Source: an uncultured Candidatus Saccharibacteria bacterium
GTDB taxonomy: Bacteria > Patescibacteriota > Minisyncoccia > UBA6257 > UBA11618
Assembly (NCBI GenBank): GCA_964432405.1
Contig: CAYSNH010000001.1
Location: 162,080 to 194,079 of the forward strand
DNA: 32,000 nucleotides
Reading direction: 5' to 3'
The notes under the pieces were generated by a model. That model was given only the letters and a program-made list of their open reading frames with translations. It had not been told where the DNA came from and made no database searches. A program made the translations under genes and the position numbers. The stretch's first letter is position 1, and each line of letters starts with the position of its first letter. This document shows, in pieces, positions 1 through 8,473 of this stretch.

Positions 1-701
1 AAGGACAATATCATCATAGTACCCCCTCCCAAGACGGTGAAAGCAACAACAAAAAATAGTGCTGCTAGTAATTGAAGTGATGCCTTGCCAAATTGAAAAT
101 CAGCGCTTTCTGTAAATTTATCCTCCTCCTCTTCAAGAGTATCTGTTTTCATAGCCTCTTGTAATCCTAGGGCATGTGCAAGAGATTTGGAAAATTCACT
201 GAAGTCCCCGTGGCTAGCGTTTGGAGTTGATTTTGTCACAAAGAAATTACTAACAACACCAGTAGCATCAATAAATACACCGGCAATTGATAAGCTAAAG
301 TTGATTAGAAGAGCGACTATAATAATCTTTGGCAAAAGATTTTTATATGTATACCCTTGCAACCTTATAATAGTTCCGATAGCAGCTGTAATTATAGCCA
401 CAACCAACAACAAGTTAGCAAAGTCGCGAGATATCTGCCAACCAACTTGTACTAAGGGGCTGTTTATTAGATTGGCATTTAATTCCAGACCTACTTGGAT
501 TAAAAATCCAGCTATCATAAAGACAATTGCCGCTAAATAACCAATAAGATAGACAGCAAAATACAAAAATTTTGCCATTGCGGCATCCACTGCTGAGAGC
601 GTACTGAGAGCGCCGCCCTCTAAAAAACCTGCTTGAGCTAAGCTAGGTATTAAAATTACCAAGAGTAGAAGTAGAAGTAGTATTTTATGTCCTTTAAACA
701 T
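1..701 (-). CDS. polytopic membrane protein, C-terminus beyond window edge (possibly VirB6/TrbL-like)
   Basis: Absent from the ORF track because it runs off the window. ATG at 701-699 (complement), 5 nt after the stop of the 707..2101 gene. I checked the frame triplet by triplet and it is open from 701 to 3. Translation MFKGHKILLLLLLLVILIPSLAQAGFLEGG... has a signal-like N-terminus and several long hydrophobic segments (FLYFAVYLIGYLAAIVFMIAGFLIQ, LLLVVAIITAAIGTII, IIIVALLINFSLSIAGVFI, LLAALFFVVAFTVLGGG). The family assignment is only a guess. Confidence 0.7.
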   Translation of the reverse strand, partial: MFKGHKILLLLLLLVILIPSLAQAGFLEGGALSTLSAVDAAMAKFLYFAVYLIGYLAAIVFMIAGFLIQVGLELNANLINSPLVQVGWQISRDFANLLLVVAIITAAIGTIIRLQGYTYKNLLPKIIIVALLINFSLSIAGVFIDATGVVSNFFVTKSTPNASHGDFSEFSKSLAHALGLQEAMKTDTLEEEEDKFTESADFQFGKASLQLLAALFFVVAFTVLGGGTMMILS

Positions 702-706
702 TATGA

Positions 707-2101
707 TTATTTACAAGCTTCTAATTGCTGTTGGGTGCTTGATATTTTTCCAGTAATTTCATTTTGAATCTGATCCTTAGTAGTCTCTTTAGTAGTTTGG
801 AATGATTGAGCAGCTTCTTCATCTAATAAATTAACTATATTATTGTAATGATATGCGATAGTTGGAGTATCTTGATAAGTGGGGTTTTGGATATTAAACT
901 TAGCACTTTCTAGCGCCTCGGTAATCTGTTTATTATTTAACAGCTCTCCATTTAGTTGATTTAAAGCCCTTTGTTCATTTTCTAGGTTGGTTTCTGTAGA
1001 TATGACTTCTGGTAAGTTGCGTTGAGCCTGACAGTCTCTTAGTTCAGCCACCATTACCACCAGCGTAGATTGACTTCCTACTAATGTAGCTAGCACCTCT
1101 CCTCCAATCTGTCTTGGTAATAGGGTCGCGTCAATTTGAGTAATAAATGTTAGTTGGTTGTCCCCAAAAGTTTTTTCATTAGCCTTAACAATAGACAGGC
1201 AATTAGTTAAGTCACTACCTCTCAATCCGGCACACGGGCCAGAACCGCTTATGTAGCCATTAGTTGGTTTGTCAGGAGTGGTTAAGCTAATTAACCCTTC
1301 TGCACCGGACCTAATTAATCTATTAATTAAAGCATCCGCTATCGCCCCTACATAAACAGCTAAATCATTGGCGTTAATTAGATAGTCGATATCAGAGCCA
1401 ACAGCTTTTGCAACTAAAGCACCAACTTGAGCTCCTGGAGTGGTAATTGTACAGAATCTTCCAGAAGGATCACACTTTCTAGTGCCTAAGAAGCCATTAC
1501 CAGAAACAGCCTCTAAAATACTAGCCTGAGCCTCTTCAGCAATTCGACGATCTCTCTCATTCATAGCCATAAAGACAGCGCCATAATAATTGTTTTGAGG
1601 TAACCACATTTCTGAGTAAGCAAACCAACCACCGTTACGGAAGTCCTCATAAAAGTTTTCAATATTACCAACGATATCATCTAGTGTGCAAGAAACGAAA
1701 TCAGTAAATCTTGGCGGGTTAAGAATGCTTAACTGAACTTGGAGGCCGAAAGGAGAGCAGAGCTCTTCTAATCCTAGCTCTAGCGCAAAGTCACCTGCTG
1801 CAATATTAGCCGCATCAGATAAGAAGCCTTTCCAGTCAGTAACAAACAAAGGCTTCCCTCCTCCTTCAACCCAGTTAACTATCTGATCGGTAACCATTGA
1901 TAACAATCTTCTTTTTAGAGCTGCCACAGCTACCTCAGTAACTTTTCTAAAGAATGTTTCGTCACTAGCGTGAGTAAGTAAGACGGGGTTAGATTCAAAG
2001 ACAACATCGCCAACTCCGAAAATAGCCTCGGCTTTTTGAACAGGTGTTAAAATCAAGCTAAGTCCGATAATTCCAATTAAAATTTTATTTCTAATATTCA
2101 T
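707..2101 (-). CDS. secreted Cys-containing protein of unknown function
   Basis: 464-aa ORF with signal peptide MNIRNKILIGIIGLSLILTPVQKAEA, 8 Cys, and a Q/E/N-rich coiled-coil-like C-terminus. Its ATG overlaps the upstream stop (TAATG, 2099-2103), which suggests translational coupling. No family recognised. Confidence 0.8.
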   Translation of the reverse strand: MNIRNKILIGIIGLSLILTPVQKAEAIFGVGDVVFESNPVLLTHASDETFFRKVTEVAVAALKRRLLSMVTDQIVNWVEGGGKPLFVTDWKGFLSDAANIAAGDFALELGLEELCSPFGLQVQLSILNPPRFTDFVSCTLDDIVGNIENFYEDFRNGGWFAYSEMWLPQNNYYGAVFMAMNERDRRIAEEAQASILEAVSGNGFLGTRKCDPSGRFCTITTPGAQVGALVAKAVGSDIDYLINANDLAVYVGAIADALINRLIRSGAEGLISLTTPDKPTNGYISGSGPCAGLRGSDLTNCLSIVKANEKTFGDNQLTFITQIDATLLPRQIGGEVLATLVGSQSTLVVMVAELRDCQAQRNLPEVISTETNLENEQRALNQLNGELLNNKQITEALESAKFNIQNPTYQDTPTIAYHYNNIVNLLDEEAAQSFQTTKETTKDQIQNEITGKISSTQQQLEACK

Positions 2102-2883
2102 TAAATACTTATTTGATTAATCTTTAATAAATTCAAAACCTTGCTAGTTACCTCCTTAAACCCAGCATCTATTGACGGGTTGTATCTTAAAGCCGCTAAA
2201 GCCTCCAGAGGGCTGTCATTGGCATCCCGCAACTTAGTCATAACTATCTTTTGCTTAATCATTAAAGAGATTTGTTGCTTGTGTATACTGGTAGCTGGCA
2301 CAGGAACTTCTAATTTATAAAAATCAGCTATAGCACCGTCATAAGAAGAAGTTATTTTATCAAAATTATTTTTACTAAACTCCTCCCAATTTATCTTCTG
2401 TGTAGCGAAGTGCTTGTTGATTATTTTTTGGAAAGAACGTAAGTAGTTGGCAAGAGCTTCTTTGTCGGTTCGATGAGAAATATTAATCCTTGCTAATTTA
2501 ACATCATTAAATCCAAGATCTATATTATTAACTTTCTCCAGCTCTTCATTAATTATAGAGTTGGCTATATTTTCTGGATTAAGAGCCTTGGCATATTTCT
2601 GATCATCAATATCTACTAAACCATTATTATTTAATTCCTTGATATGTTGAGCTATCTTATTACCTAGCTGTTTAGTAGTCTCTTCTGCAACTGGATTAGT
2701 TTGACGTGTGTTAAGAGGAATATCCTCATTTAAGGTATTTGAAATATTTGATTTCTCCTGAGCTGTTTTTGGTGGTGATGCTGTTGGAGTCTGAGTCTCT
2801 AATGAATTACCAAAAAATATTAATCCACCCAAAACAAACAGGCCCATAAGCAAAAACAAACCGAATTTACGCACGGATCTCAT
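2101..2883 (-). CDS. N-terminally membrane-anchored protein of unknown function
   Basis: 260-aa ORF with a single N-terminal TM (FGLFLLMGLFVLGGLIFF) followed by a hydrophilic K/N/E-rich domain. First gene of the 2883->1 minus-strand operon. Confidence 0.75.
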   Translation of the reverse strand: MRSVRKFGLFLLMGLFVLGGLIFFGNSLETQTPTASPPKTAQEKSNISNTLNEDIPLNTRQTNPVAEETTKQLGNKIAQHIKELNNNGLVDIDDQKYAKALNPENIANSIINEELEKVNNIDLGFNDVKLARINISHRTDKEALANYLRSFQKIINKHFATQKINWEEFSKNNFDKITSSYDGAIADFYKLEVPVPATSIHKQQISLMIKQKIVMTKLRDANDSPLEALAALRYNPSIDAGFKEVTSKVLNLLKINQISI

Positions 2884-2938
2884 GTAATAATTATACCTTT
2901 AATTAGTAAACTAAAAAATTAAGAGAGTTATCCACTAC

Positions 2939-3700
2939 TTAAAACAACCTAGACATTTTTTGGATAGTTTCTAAATCCAAGTTTTGAGGCCTACTCCTCT
3001 CTTTTATATCTAAATCAGTTAATTTTTCTTTTATAGCATCTTTTTCTAGCTCTAATCCTTCAGAAAGATTATTTAAAATAGTTTTTCTAGGCTGTTTAAA
3101 TAGAATTCTAATGAACTTATAGTAGCGCTCACTATCTTTTACGTGCTTCGTTCTTAGGCTGATAATAGCGGAGTCAACTTTAGGGGGTGGAATAAAGCTG
3201 CCAGGGGGAATAGTGGCTATTATTTTAGGATCAGCCCAATATTGAACGCTAGCAGCTAGCAGGTTCATTGATGGCGGTTTGGCAGATAATCTTTTCGCCA
3301 CCTCTTTTTGCATGGTAAAGACGGTTAGAGAAGGCTTATTATCTAATTCAGCAATTATTCTCAATAAATGACCGGTGATGTAATAAGGGATGTTGCCTAT
3401 TAATTTATAATCCCTATTCAATTTATTGGTTATAGGCGGCAGGGCCTTTAACGCATCATCTTCAATAACCTCTAGGATTGCAGTACTCCTATTTTTTAAT
3501 TTAAGATCGAGAGCTAATTTTTTATCTTTCTCTAAAGCTATAATCTTGCCTATTGGAGCCTCCATTAACAGCTCGGTTAAAGATCCTCTACCCGGACCAA
3601 TTTCAATAACAAAATCCCCGCTCTGTATTTCTAGAGCTTCAATTATTTTTTTCAGAATATTCTGATCTTTTAAAAAATGTTGTCCCAATCTTTTTCCCAT
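2939..3700 (-). CDS. rsmA: 16S rRNA (adenine1518/1519-N6)-dimethyltransferase
   Basis: N-terminus MGKRLGQHFLKDQNIL and SAM-binding motif VIEIGPGRGSLTELL are typical of KsgA/RsmA. 253 aa. Confidence 0.95.
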   Translation of the reverse strand: MGKRLGQHFLKDQNILKKIIEALEIQSGDFVIEIGPGRGSLTELLMEAPIGKIIALEKDKKLALDLKLKNRSTAILEVIEDDALKALPPITNKLNRDYKLIGNIPYYITGHLLRIIAELDNKPSLTVFTMQKEVAKRLSAKPPSMNLLAASVQYWADPKIIATIPPGSFIPPPKVDSAIISLRTKHVKDSERYYKFIRILFKQPRKTILNNLSEGLELEKDAIKEKLTDLDIKERSRPQNLDLETIQKMSRLF

Positions 3701-3703
3701 ACT

Positions 3704-5479
3704 CTAATATTCAATATACATCTCATCCTCGTCAGGTAAATGGTCTTTGTCTTGCCCAAGACCTTTAAATACTAACAGCTCCTCAGGTATTTCGTATAAA
3801 AATCTTGAAGGAATACTGTTTAAGGTGAGGAATAGATTTTTTCTAGCCCTAGTCATAGCAACATACATTAATCGCCTTTCCTCTTCTAACTCTTCTGGAG
3901 AGCCTAGAGATCTTTCGTGAGGTAATAATCCTTCACTACAACCACAAACAAAAACATTATCAAACTCCAATCCTTTTGATAAATGAATTGTCATCAATTT
4001 AACTCCACCCATCCCCTCAGGCTGATCCTGGCTTTGTACCAAGCTAACCGCTTCCAAAAAAGCAGCTAAACCCTGACTTTCAAAAGAAGAGGCAAAATTA
4101 ACCAGCTCCTGAATATTTTCAATCCTCTCTTTGTAGTTTTTATAATGACTTTCTAGATAGCTAATATAATTAGAGTTATTTAGAAATGAATCAATCAATT
4201 GAGTGAGGCTAAGTTCTGTTGCTAGACGGGGTAGGTTTTCAATTAACACCCTGCTACGCCTCTTACCAAAAGCTTTTTGCAGACGCTCAAAGCTAACTTC
4301 GTCATTAGGATTAAAAGCAAAGCGTAATCCAGCCAATAAATCTTTAACCTCTTTTCTTTCATAAAAGCGAATACCGCCAAAAACCTGGTAAGGTATTTGT
4401 TCGTATATTAAAGCTTGCTCAATAGCTCGTGATTGAGCGTTAGTGCGATATAAAATGGCTATTTCATCAGAACTGTTATTAGATCCTCTCAGATCCATTA
4501 TTTTAGAGGTAATCCAACCAGCCTCTTCTTCTTCTGATTGAGAAGTGGTGACATTTATTTTATTGCCGGCTGGATTTTGAGTCCAGAGAGTTTTTTCTTT
4601 CTGAAACTTATTATGTTTAATCAATTCATTAGCCGCATTAATGATATTGGCGGAAGAGCGATAGTTTTCTTCTAATAAAACTACTTTGGCGTTAGGCCAA
4701 TCTTTTTCAAAGTTAAGAAAATTACGAAAATCAGCATGTCGCCAGCCATAAATTGATTGAGCATCATCACCCACAACGCTAAGGTTGTTATGTTTTTTAG
4801 CTAGCAGCTTTATTAATAGGTATTGGGTCACATTAGTGTCTTGAAACTCATCAACTAAAATATATTTAAATCTATTTTGATACTTTTTTAATATCTTAGG
4901 GTCATCTCTCAACAAAATAACTATTTTTTCAATCAAGTCATCAAAGTCAAAAGCATTACACTTCTTTAAGGTCTTCTCGTATATCTCATAAGCCCTAGTC
5001 ATCATCTCATCATCATTAGATGAGACTAACTCACTTTTTATTTTTGAAATATAATAACGTATTAAACGAGGCTTATACTCTTCCTTGTCCAAATGGAGCT
5101 CTTTAATAATCTTTCTAATAACAGATAAAGAATCACCGTCATCGAAGATTGTAAATTGAGAGCTTCTTCCTAAATGTTTTGCTTCAACTCTTAATAAGCG
5201 AGCTCCTAATGAATGAAAGGTGCTAACAATTAATCCCTTGGTATTAACATTTTTGGCCTGACAATCTCTTTCTATCCGAAACTTCATTTCATTAGCAGCC
5301 TTGTTGGTAAAGGTAATGGCTAATATTTTCTCAGCTGGAACACCGGACTCTAAAAGACTAATAATTCTATTAGTTAAAGTCTTTGTTTTGCCAGATCCCG
5401 CCCCTGCCGCAATCAATAAAGGACCCTCTTTATAATCAACGGCCTCTTGTTGATTTTTGTTAAGTTTTTCTGTTATCAT
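3704..5479 (-). CDS. pcrA: UvrD/PcrA-type ATP-dependent DNA helicase (compact, 591 aa)
   Basis: Walker A AGAGSGKTKTLTNRI, DEFQDT (motif II), VGDDAQSIYGWRHA, TIHLSKGLEFDNVFV and VAMTRARKNLFL motifs of SF1 UvrD-like helicases. Confidence 0.9.
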   Translation of the reverse strand: MITEKLNKNQQEAVDYKEGPLLIAAGAGSGKTKTLTNRIISLLESGVPAEKILAITFTNKAANEMKFRIERDCQAKNVNTKGLIVSTFHSLGARLLRVEAKHLGRSSQFTIFDDGDSLSVIRKIIKELHLDKEEYKPRLIRYYISKIKSELVSSNDDEMMTRAYEIYEKTLKKCNAFDFDDLIEKIVILLRDDPKILKKYQNRFKYILVDEFQDTNVTQYLLIKLLAKKHNNLSVVGDDAQSIYGWRHADFRNFLNFEKDWPNAKVVLLEENYRSSANIINAANELIKHNKFQKEKTLWTQNPAGNKINVTTSQSEEEEAGWITSKIMDLRGSNNSSDEIAILYRTNAQSRAIEQALIYEQIPYQVFGGIRFYERKEVKDLLAGLRFAFNPNDEVSFERLQKAFGKRRSRVLIENLPRLATELSLTQLIDSFLNNSNYISYLESHYKNYKERIENIQELVNFASSFESQGLAAFLEAVSLVQSQDQPEGMGGVKLMTIHLSKGLEFDNVFVCGCSEGLLPHERSLGSPEELEEERRLMYVAMTRARKNLFLTLNSIPSRFLYEIPEELLVFKGLGQDKDHLPDEDEMYIEY

Positions 5480-5493
5480 GGGTTATTGATACA

Positions 5494-6489
5494 ATGCTTA
5501 AAAAATTATCCTTTTTAAGGCAAAAGGCGGCTCTGCCGGCTATTTTTATTACTTGCGCCTCTATCTTCAACCTCTTTATTCTATCAGGTTTTTTCCAGCC
5601 TTTTTCTAACAATACGGTTTTAGGAGGTCCAGATCAAATGGATAATAATCAAGCGCTCTTGTCAGCGGAAACCCCCATTGATTTTGAGCCGGCTAATAAT
5701 TTAGAGGATTTTGGTGGTTTTGCTATTTTAGATAGCTCTTATGTTTTAAGTCCAGGTAGCTCCTTGAGTAATACCCTCCCTACCCGAAACGGCTTAATGA
5801 TTTATCGAGTCCAGTCTGGTGACAACTTATCTAGCATAGCTGCAAATTTTGGCGTATCACTTAATACTGTTTTTTGGGCTAACCCCAATTTAAATAAAAG
5901 AAGATCAATACAAGTCGGTCAGGAGATAGTAATCCTACCAGTCTCAGGAGTTAAACATGAGGTTCAAGAAGGAGAAACCCTTATCACTATAGCCTCTCTC
6001 TACAATGTTAACCCAGATCATATTTTAAAATATAATAAACAAATTGTGGCGGGTAGAAGTATTATCATTCCTGGCGCTAAGCCAACTAAAAAAACTACCC
6101 ATTACACCCAATCTAAAAAGTTACCACGTCTAGCTGGACATCTTGTTGTCCCAACTACCGGTTGGAACTGGGGGCAGCTTCATTATAATAATGCCGTTGA
6201 TATTGCTAATGCTTGCAACACATCAATTTATGCCGCCGCTGAAGGCTTGGTGGTTAAGGTTCGATCCGGTTGGAATGGTGGTTATGGAAATTACGTCATC
6301 ATAGAACATCCTAATGGCATCTCTACCCGCTACGCTCATTTGCAAAAATCTACCGTGTCAGTTGGTCAGTATGTTGTTCAGGGTGATCAAATTGGTCAAA
6401 TGGGAAGTTCAGGTAACACTCATGGACCAACCGGTTGTCACCTTCACTTTGAAGTTGTGGGCGCTGCTAATCCATTCGCTAAAAGATAA
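5494..6489 (+). CDS. membrane-anchored LysM-LysM-M23 peptidoglycan endopeptidase
   Basis: N-terminal TM, two LysM repeats (YRVQSGDNLSSIAANFGVS..., HEVQEGETLITIASLYNVN...) and an M23 core (GGYGNYVIIEHPNGISTRYAHL ... GPTGCHLHFEV). Confidence 0.9.
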   Translation: MLKKLSFLRQKAALPAIFITCASIFNLFILSGFFQPFSNNTVLGGPDQMDNNQALLSAETPIDFEPANNLEDFGGFAILDSSYVLSPGSSLSNTLPTRNGLMIYRVQSGDNLSSIAANFGVSLNTVFWANPNLNKRRSIQVGQEIVILPVSGVKHEVQEGETLITIASLYNVNPDHILKYNKQIVAGRSIIIPGAKPTKKTTHYTQSKKLPRLAGHLVVPTTGWNWGQLHYNNAVDIANACNTSIYAAAEGLVVKVRSGWNGGYGNYVIIEHPNGISTRYAHLQKSTVSVGQYVVQGDQIGQMGSSGNTHGPTGCHLHFEVVGAANPFAKR

Positions 6490-6496
6490 TAAAAAA

Positions 6497-6516
6497 CCCC
6501 AGAGTTGCCTCTGGGG
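6497..6516. terminator. bidirectional hairpin between convergent genes
   Basis: CCCCAGAG-ttgc-CTCTGGGG, preceded by an A-run and lying between the stops at 6489 (+) and 6531 (-). Confidence 0.7.
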
Positions 6517-6530
6517 GGCGGCTGACAAGA

Positions 6531-7523
6531 TCAGCCTTTGCTGGCGGTAGCTCCAAGACCGCCGGGTAGTCTTGATGGAGGAAAGACTTCCTCCATCATT
6601 TTTTTACTGACCTCACTTGTGTGAGCCTCAGCCTTGCTCTGGTTAAAAGTGTCAATCTCATTTTGAGCGCTCTTTCTGCCCAAGGTCGGATCCAGGTTGG
6701 GATGGAACTTCCTCCCATTTATGAGCTGAGCATTCTTTTGAAGATAGGCCGCTTTACGAGCTCTCCCCAAATGACCTTTGGTCATGTTGTCGCGAACCTC
6801 TCCAATCATCAGCTCGTCATCTCGGAAGTAGTAGAAATGGTGGCCATGGAAAGGATTGGCTACCAGCTTGTAACCGCGGTCAATAGGCTGTCGGCCAATC
6901 ACAAACGATCCAGTAGTTGCTCTTTGCCCGTTGCGCAAAACAAACAGAGCATCTTCAACATTTCTGTTGACACCAGTAGCGAGAAAGTTCTCATACTTGA
7001 TGACAAAAGCTTCCACTGGTTGAAATCGAGGTGCTGTGTCCGGACAGAAACGGCATTGTTCCATTTCGCCATCAACATGAACTAGGAAGTCCAAGATTTC
7101 TTCATCAAGCTGCTCGACGCGAAGCTTGAGCTCGACAGATTCTTTTGAAGTTCCCATTTCAAGCAGCACTTCTTCAGGGGAGCGTCCTTTGAAAACGGTC
7201 TCCCGACAAACCACTTCATGTGGTTTGAAGTGCTTGTCTTCCTCGATTTTTTTAGCGACGACATCTTGTAGTCGATCGCTAAAAAATTCTCTGATGGGCT
7301 TTGTGTGCTGAACACAGTTAAGCCAAACAAAGTCGATGGGGCTCAAAAGAGTCCCCGGTCCACCAGCCAGCCAATTTCCCACGCGTCTGAGCTCATTGAT
7401 TGGCAAGAAGCCTTTTCTGGCAGTACCAAACTCATCCAGCCTTTCGTTGTACAAGACAAAAGCCTTCTCGGACAGGATACTTGGCCTGTCAATCAATAGA
7501 TCTTTTTTTGAAGTTGTCGTCAT
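6531..7523 (-). CDS. 330-aa soluble ORFan (compositionally atypical cassette A)
   Basis: Long open frame. The track start at 7532 is GTG. I prefer the ATG at 7523, preceded by GGAGAG 9 nt upstream. No TM and no family recognised. R/H/F/C-rich, unlike the K/I/N-rich core proteins. Hand-counted G+C of two 60-nt lines is 45% and 57%. Confidence 0.8.
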   Translation of the reverse strand: MTTTSKKDLLIDRPSILSEKAFVLYNERLDEFGTARKGFLPINELRRVGNWLAGGPGTLLSPIDFVWLNCVQHTKPIREFFSDRLQDVVAKKIEEDKHFKPHEVVCRETVFKGRSPEEVLLEMGTSKESVELKLRVEQLDEEILDFLVHVDGEMEQCRFCPDTAPRFQPVEAFVIKYENFLATGVNRNVEDALFVLRNGQRATTGSFVIGRQPIDRGYKLVANPFHGHHFYYFRDDELMIGEVRDNMTKGHLGRARKAAYLQKNAQLINGRKFHPNLDPTLGRKSAQNEIDTFNQSKAEAHTSEVSKKMMEEVFPPSRLPGGLGATASKG

Positions 7524-7602
7524 GACAAACACTCTCCGTAATAAGGTGCTAAAAATTTTGGGCGGCTAAATTACAATAGCTCTAAAAACCCAATCAGAAA
7601 CT

Positions 7603-7630
7603 ATTTTACACCAAATTTTTTAAATGTCAA
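7603..7630 (-). promoter_or_regulatory. sigma70-like promoter for the 330-aa ORFan
   Basis: On the minus strand, TTGACA (7630-7625), a 16-nt spacer, then TAAAAT (7608-7603), about 75 nt upstream of ATG 7523. Confidence 0.6.
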
Positions 7631-7661
7631 ATAAAAACAGCCCTACAGGGCCATTTAAATG

Positions 7662-7733
7662 TGGGCATGGGAAGGATCGAACTTCCGACCTCGTCTTTAT
7701 CAGAGACGCGCTCTACCACTGAGCTACATGCCC
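7662..7733 (-). tRNA. tRNA-Ile (anticodon GAU)
   Basis: Folded by hand: acceptor GGGCATG/CATGCCC, D arm GCTC-AGTGGTA-GAGC, anticodon arm CGTCT-CTGATAA-AGACG, T arm GGAAG-TTCGATC-CTTCC, discriminator A. No encoded CCA. A weak GCCC-tgta-GGGC hairpin plus T-run follows at 7636-7651. Confidence 0.9.
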
Positions 7734-7754
7734 TAAATTAAACAAGCTAAACAA

Positions 7755-7955
7755 CTATCGTTTTAGTTGCTTAGCTTTATCGAGGTTAAATTTAACAATT
7801 TCTTCTGATTTTGACAAGTCTCCTCCAAATGCCTTGCTAGCTCTATTAGCTAAAAATGACATCGATCGACTGACATAAAAAATTATTAATGCAAAAATAG
7901 TGATGCCAATTATCCAGAAGATCAACTCTTTTTTATTGTGAAAAAACTTTCCCAT
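7755..7955 (-). CDS. small single-pass membrane protein
   Basis: 66-aa ORF with TM LIFWIIGITIFALIIFYV. Overlaps the 3' end of the upstream gene by 23 nt, so likely co-transcribed. Confidence 0.5.
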   Translation of the reverse strand: MGKFFHNKKELIFWIIGITIFALIIFYVSRSMSFLANRASKAFGGDLSKSEEIVKFNLDKAKQLKR

Positions 7956-8454
7956 TGATTATTGATTTAAACTTTTTTTCATCTCCGACCAAGTTAAAGG
8001 AATCAAAGCTGACTACATAAGGACTTCTTTCAATACTACTAACAAAATTTAACCAATTAACAAAAGGGGCGTCAGCAGTTATTGAGAAGCTGAGATAGCC
8101 AGGCTTAGTTTCTGAGCCTAAAACTTCTCTGCCAAAAGAAAACCCTACATCAACATCATTTTTTTTAGCTAGTGAATTTATACTACGAGGAAAATCGATC
8201 AATTTATCTGATATTGGTAGAGTCGTAATTAAAGATAATTTTTCAACGCGCGCCTTTTCAGAATCTTTCTGTAAAGAAGCTAAAGAATCAATAGCCTTAT
8301 AACGAAGAGCTACTTTATTTTTTAATTCAACTACCTTAGCAGTTCTTCTATTTATGTCGGCACGCAATAAAGCAATTAAAATTAACAAGACTACTACAAC
8401 CGCTGCTATAACACTTAAATTAACAGTCATTACTCTTTTGAAGTCTTTTGGCAT
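7933..8454 (-). CDS. membrane-anchored coiled-coil protein with PilO-like architecture (tentative)
   Basis: 173 aa: short basic N-terminus, one TM (VNLSVIAAVVVVLLILIALL), a coiled-coil segment, then a mixed alpha/beta C-terminal domain. This is the topology of type IV pilus PilN/PilO proteins. The call rests on architecture only. Confidence 0.35.
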   Translation of the reverse strand: MPKDFKRVMTVNLSVIAAVVVVLLILIALLRADINRRTAKVVELKNKVALRYKAIDSLASLQKDSEKARVEKLSLITTLPISDKLIDFPRSINSLAKKNDVDVGFSFGREVLGSETKPGYLSFSITADAPFVNWLNFVSSIERSPYVVSFDSFNLVGDEKKFKSIINGKVFSQ

Positions 8455-8473
8455 AAGATTATTATAACACTAT

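Noticed and set aside
187-540. 117-aa plus-strand ORF from the track
   Set aside because: It starts at TTG and lies entirely antisense to the open 701->1 minus-strand frame. That frame has an ATG, operon context and clear membrane-protein features, so this ORF is treated as a shadow.
2928-2936. DnaA-box-like TTATCCACT upstream of the 260-aa gene
   Set aside because: It is a single 8/9 match with no cluster or AT-rich unwinding element, which is insufficient for an origin call.
3426-3665. Antisense ORF inside rsmA (similar cases: 9699-9968 in topA; 12514-12759, 13320-13604, 13811-14149 and 14216-14455 in pnp; 17793-18011 and 18815-19027 in gyrA; 20239-20433; 26189-26452 and 26684-26902 in ftsH; 28640-28960, 29224-29424 and 29360-29581)
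   Set aside because: They overlap well-supported conserved genes on the opposite strand, have low-complexity translations and no start signals.
6621-7569. Five short ORFs on both strands (6621-7085, 7082-7330, 7126-7311, 7305-7499, 7336-7569)
   Set aside because: All are nested in or antisense to the single 330-aa frame, which alone has an SD, promoter and terminator. Elevated G+C naturally produces spurious open frames.
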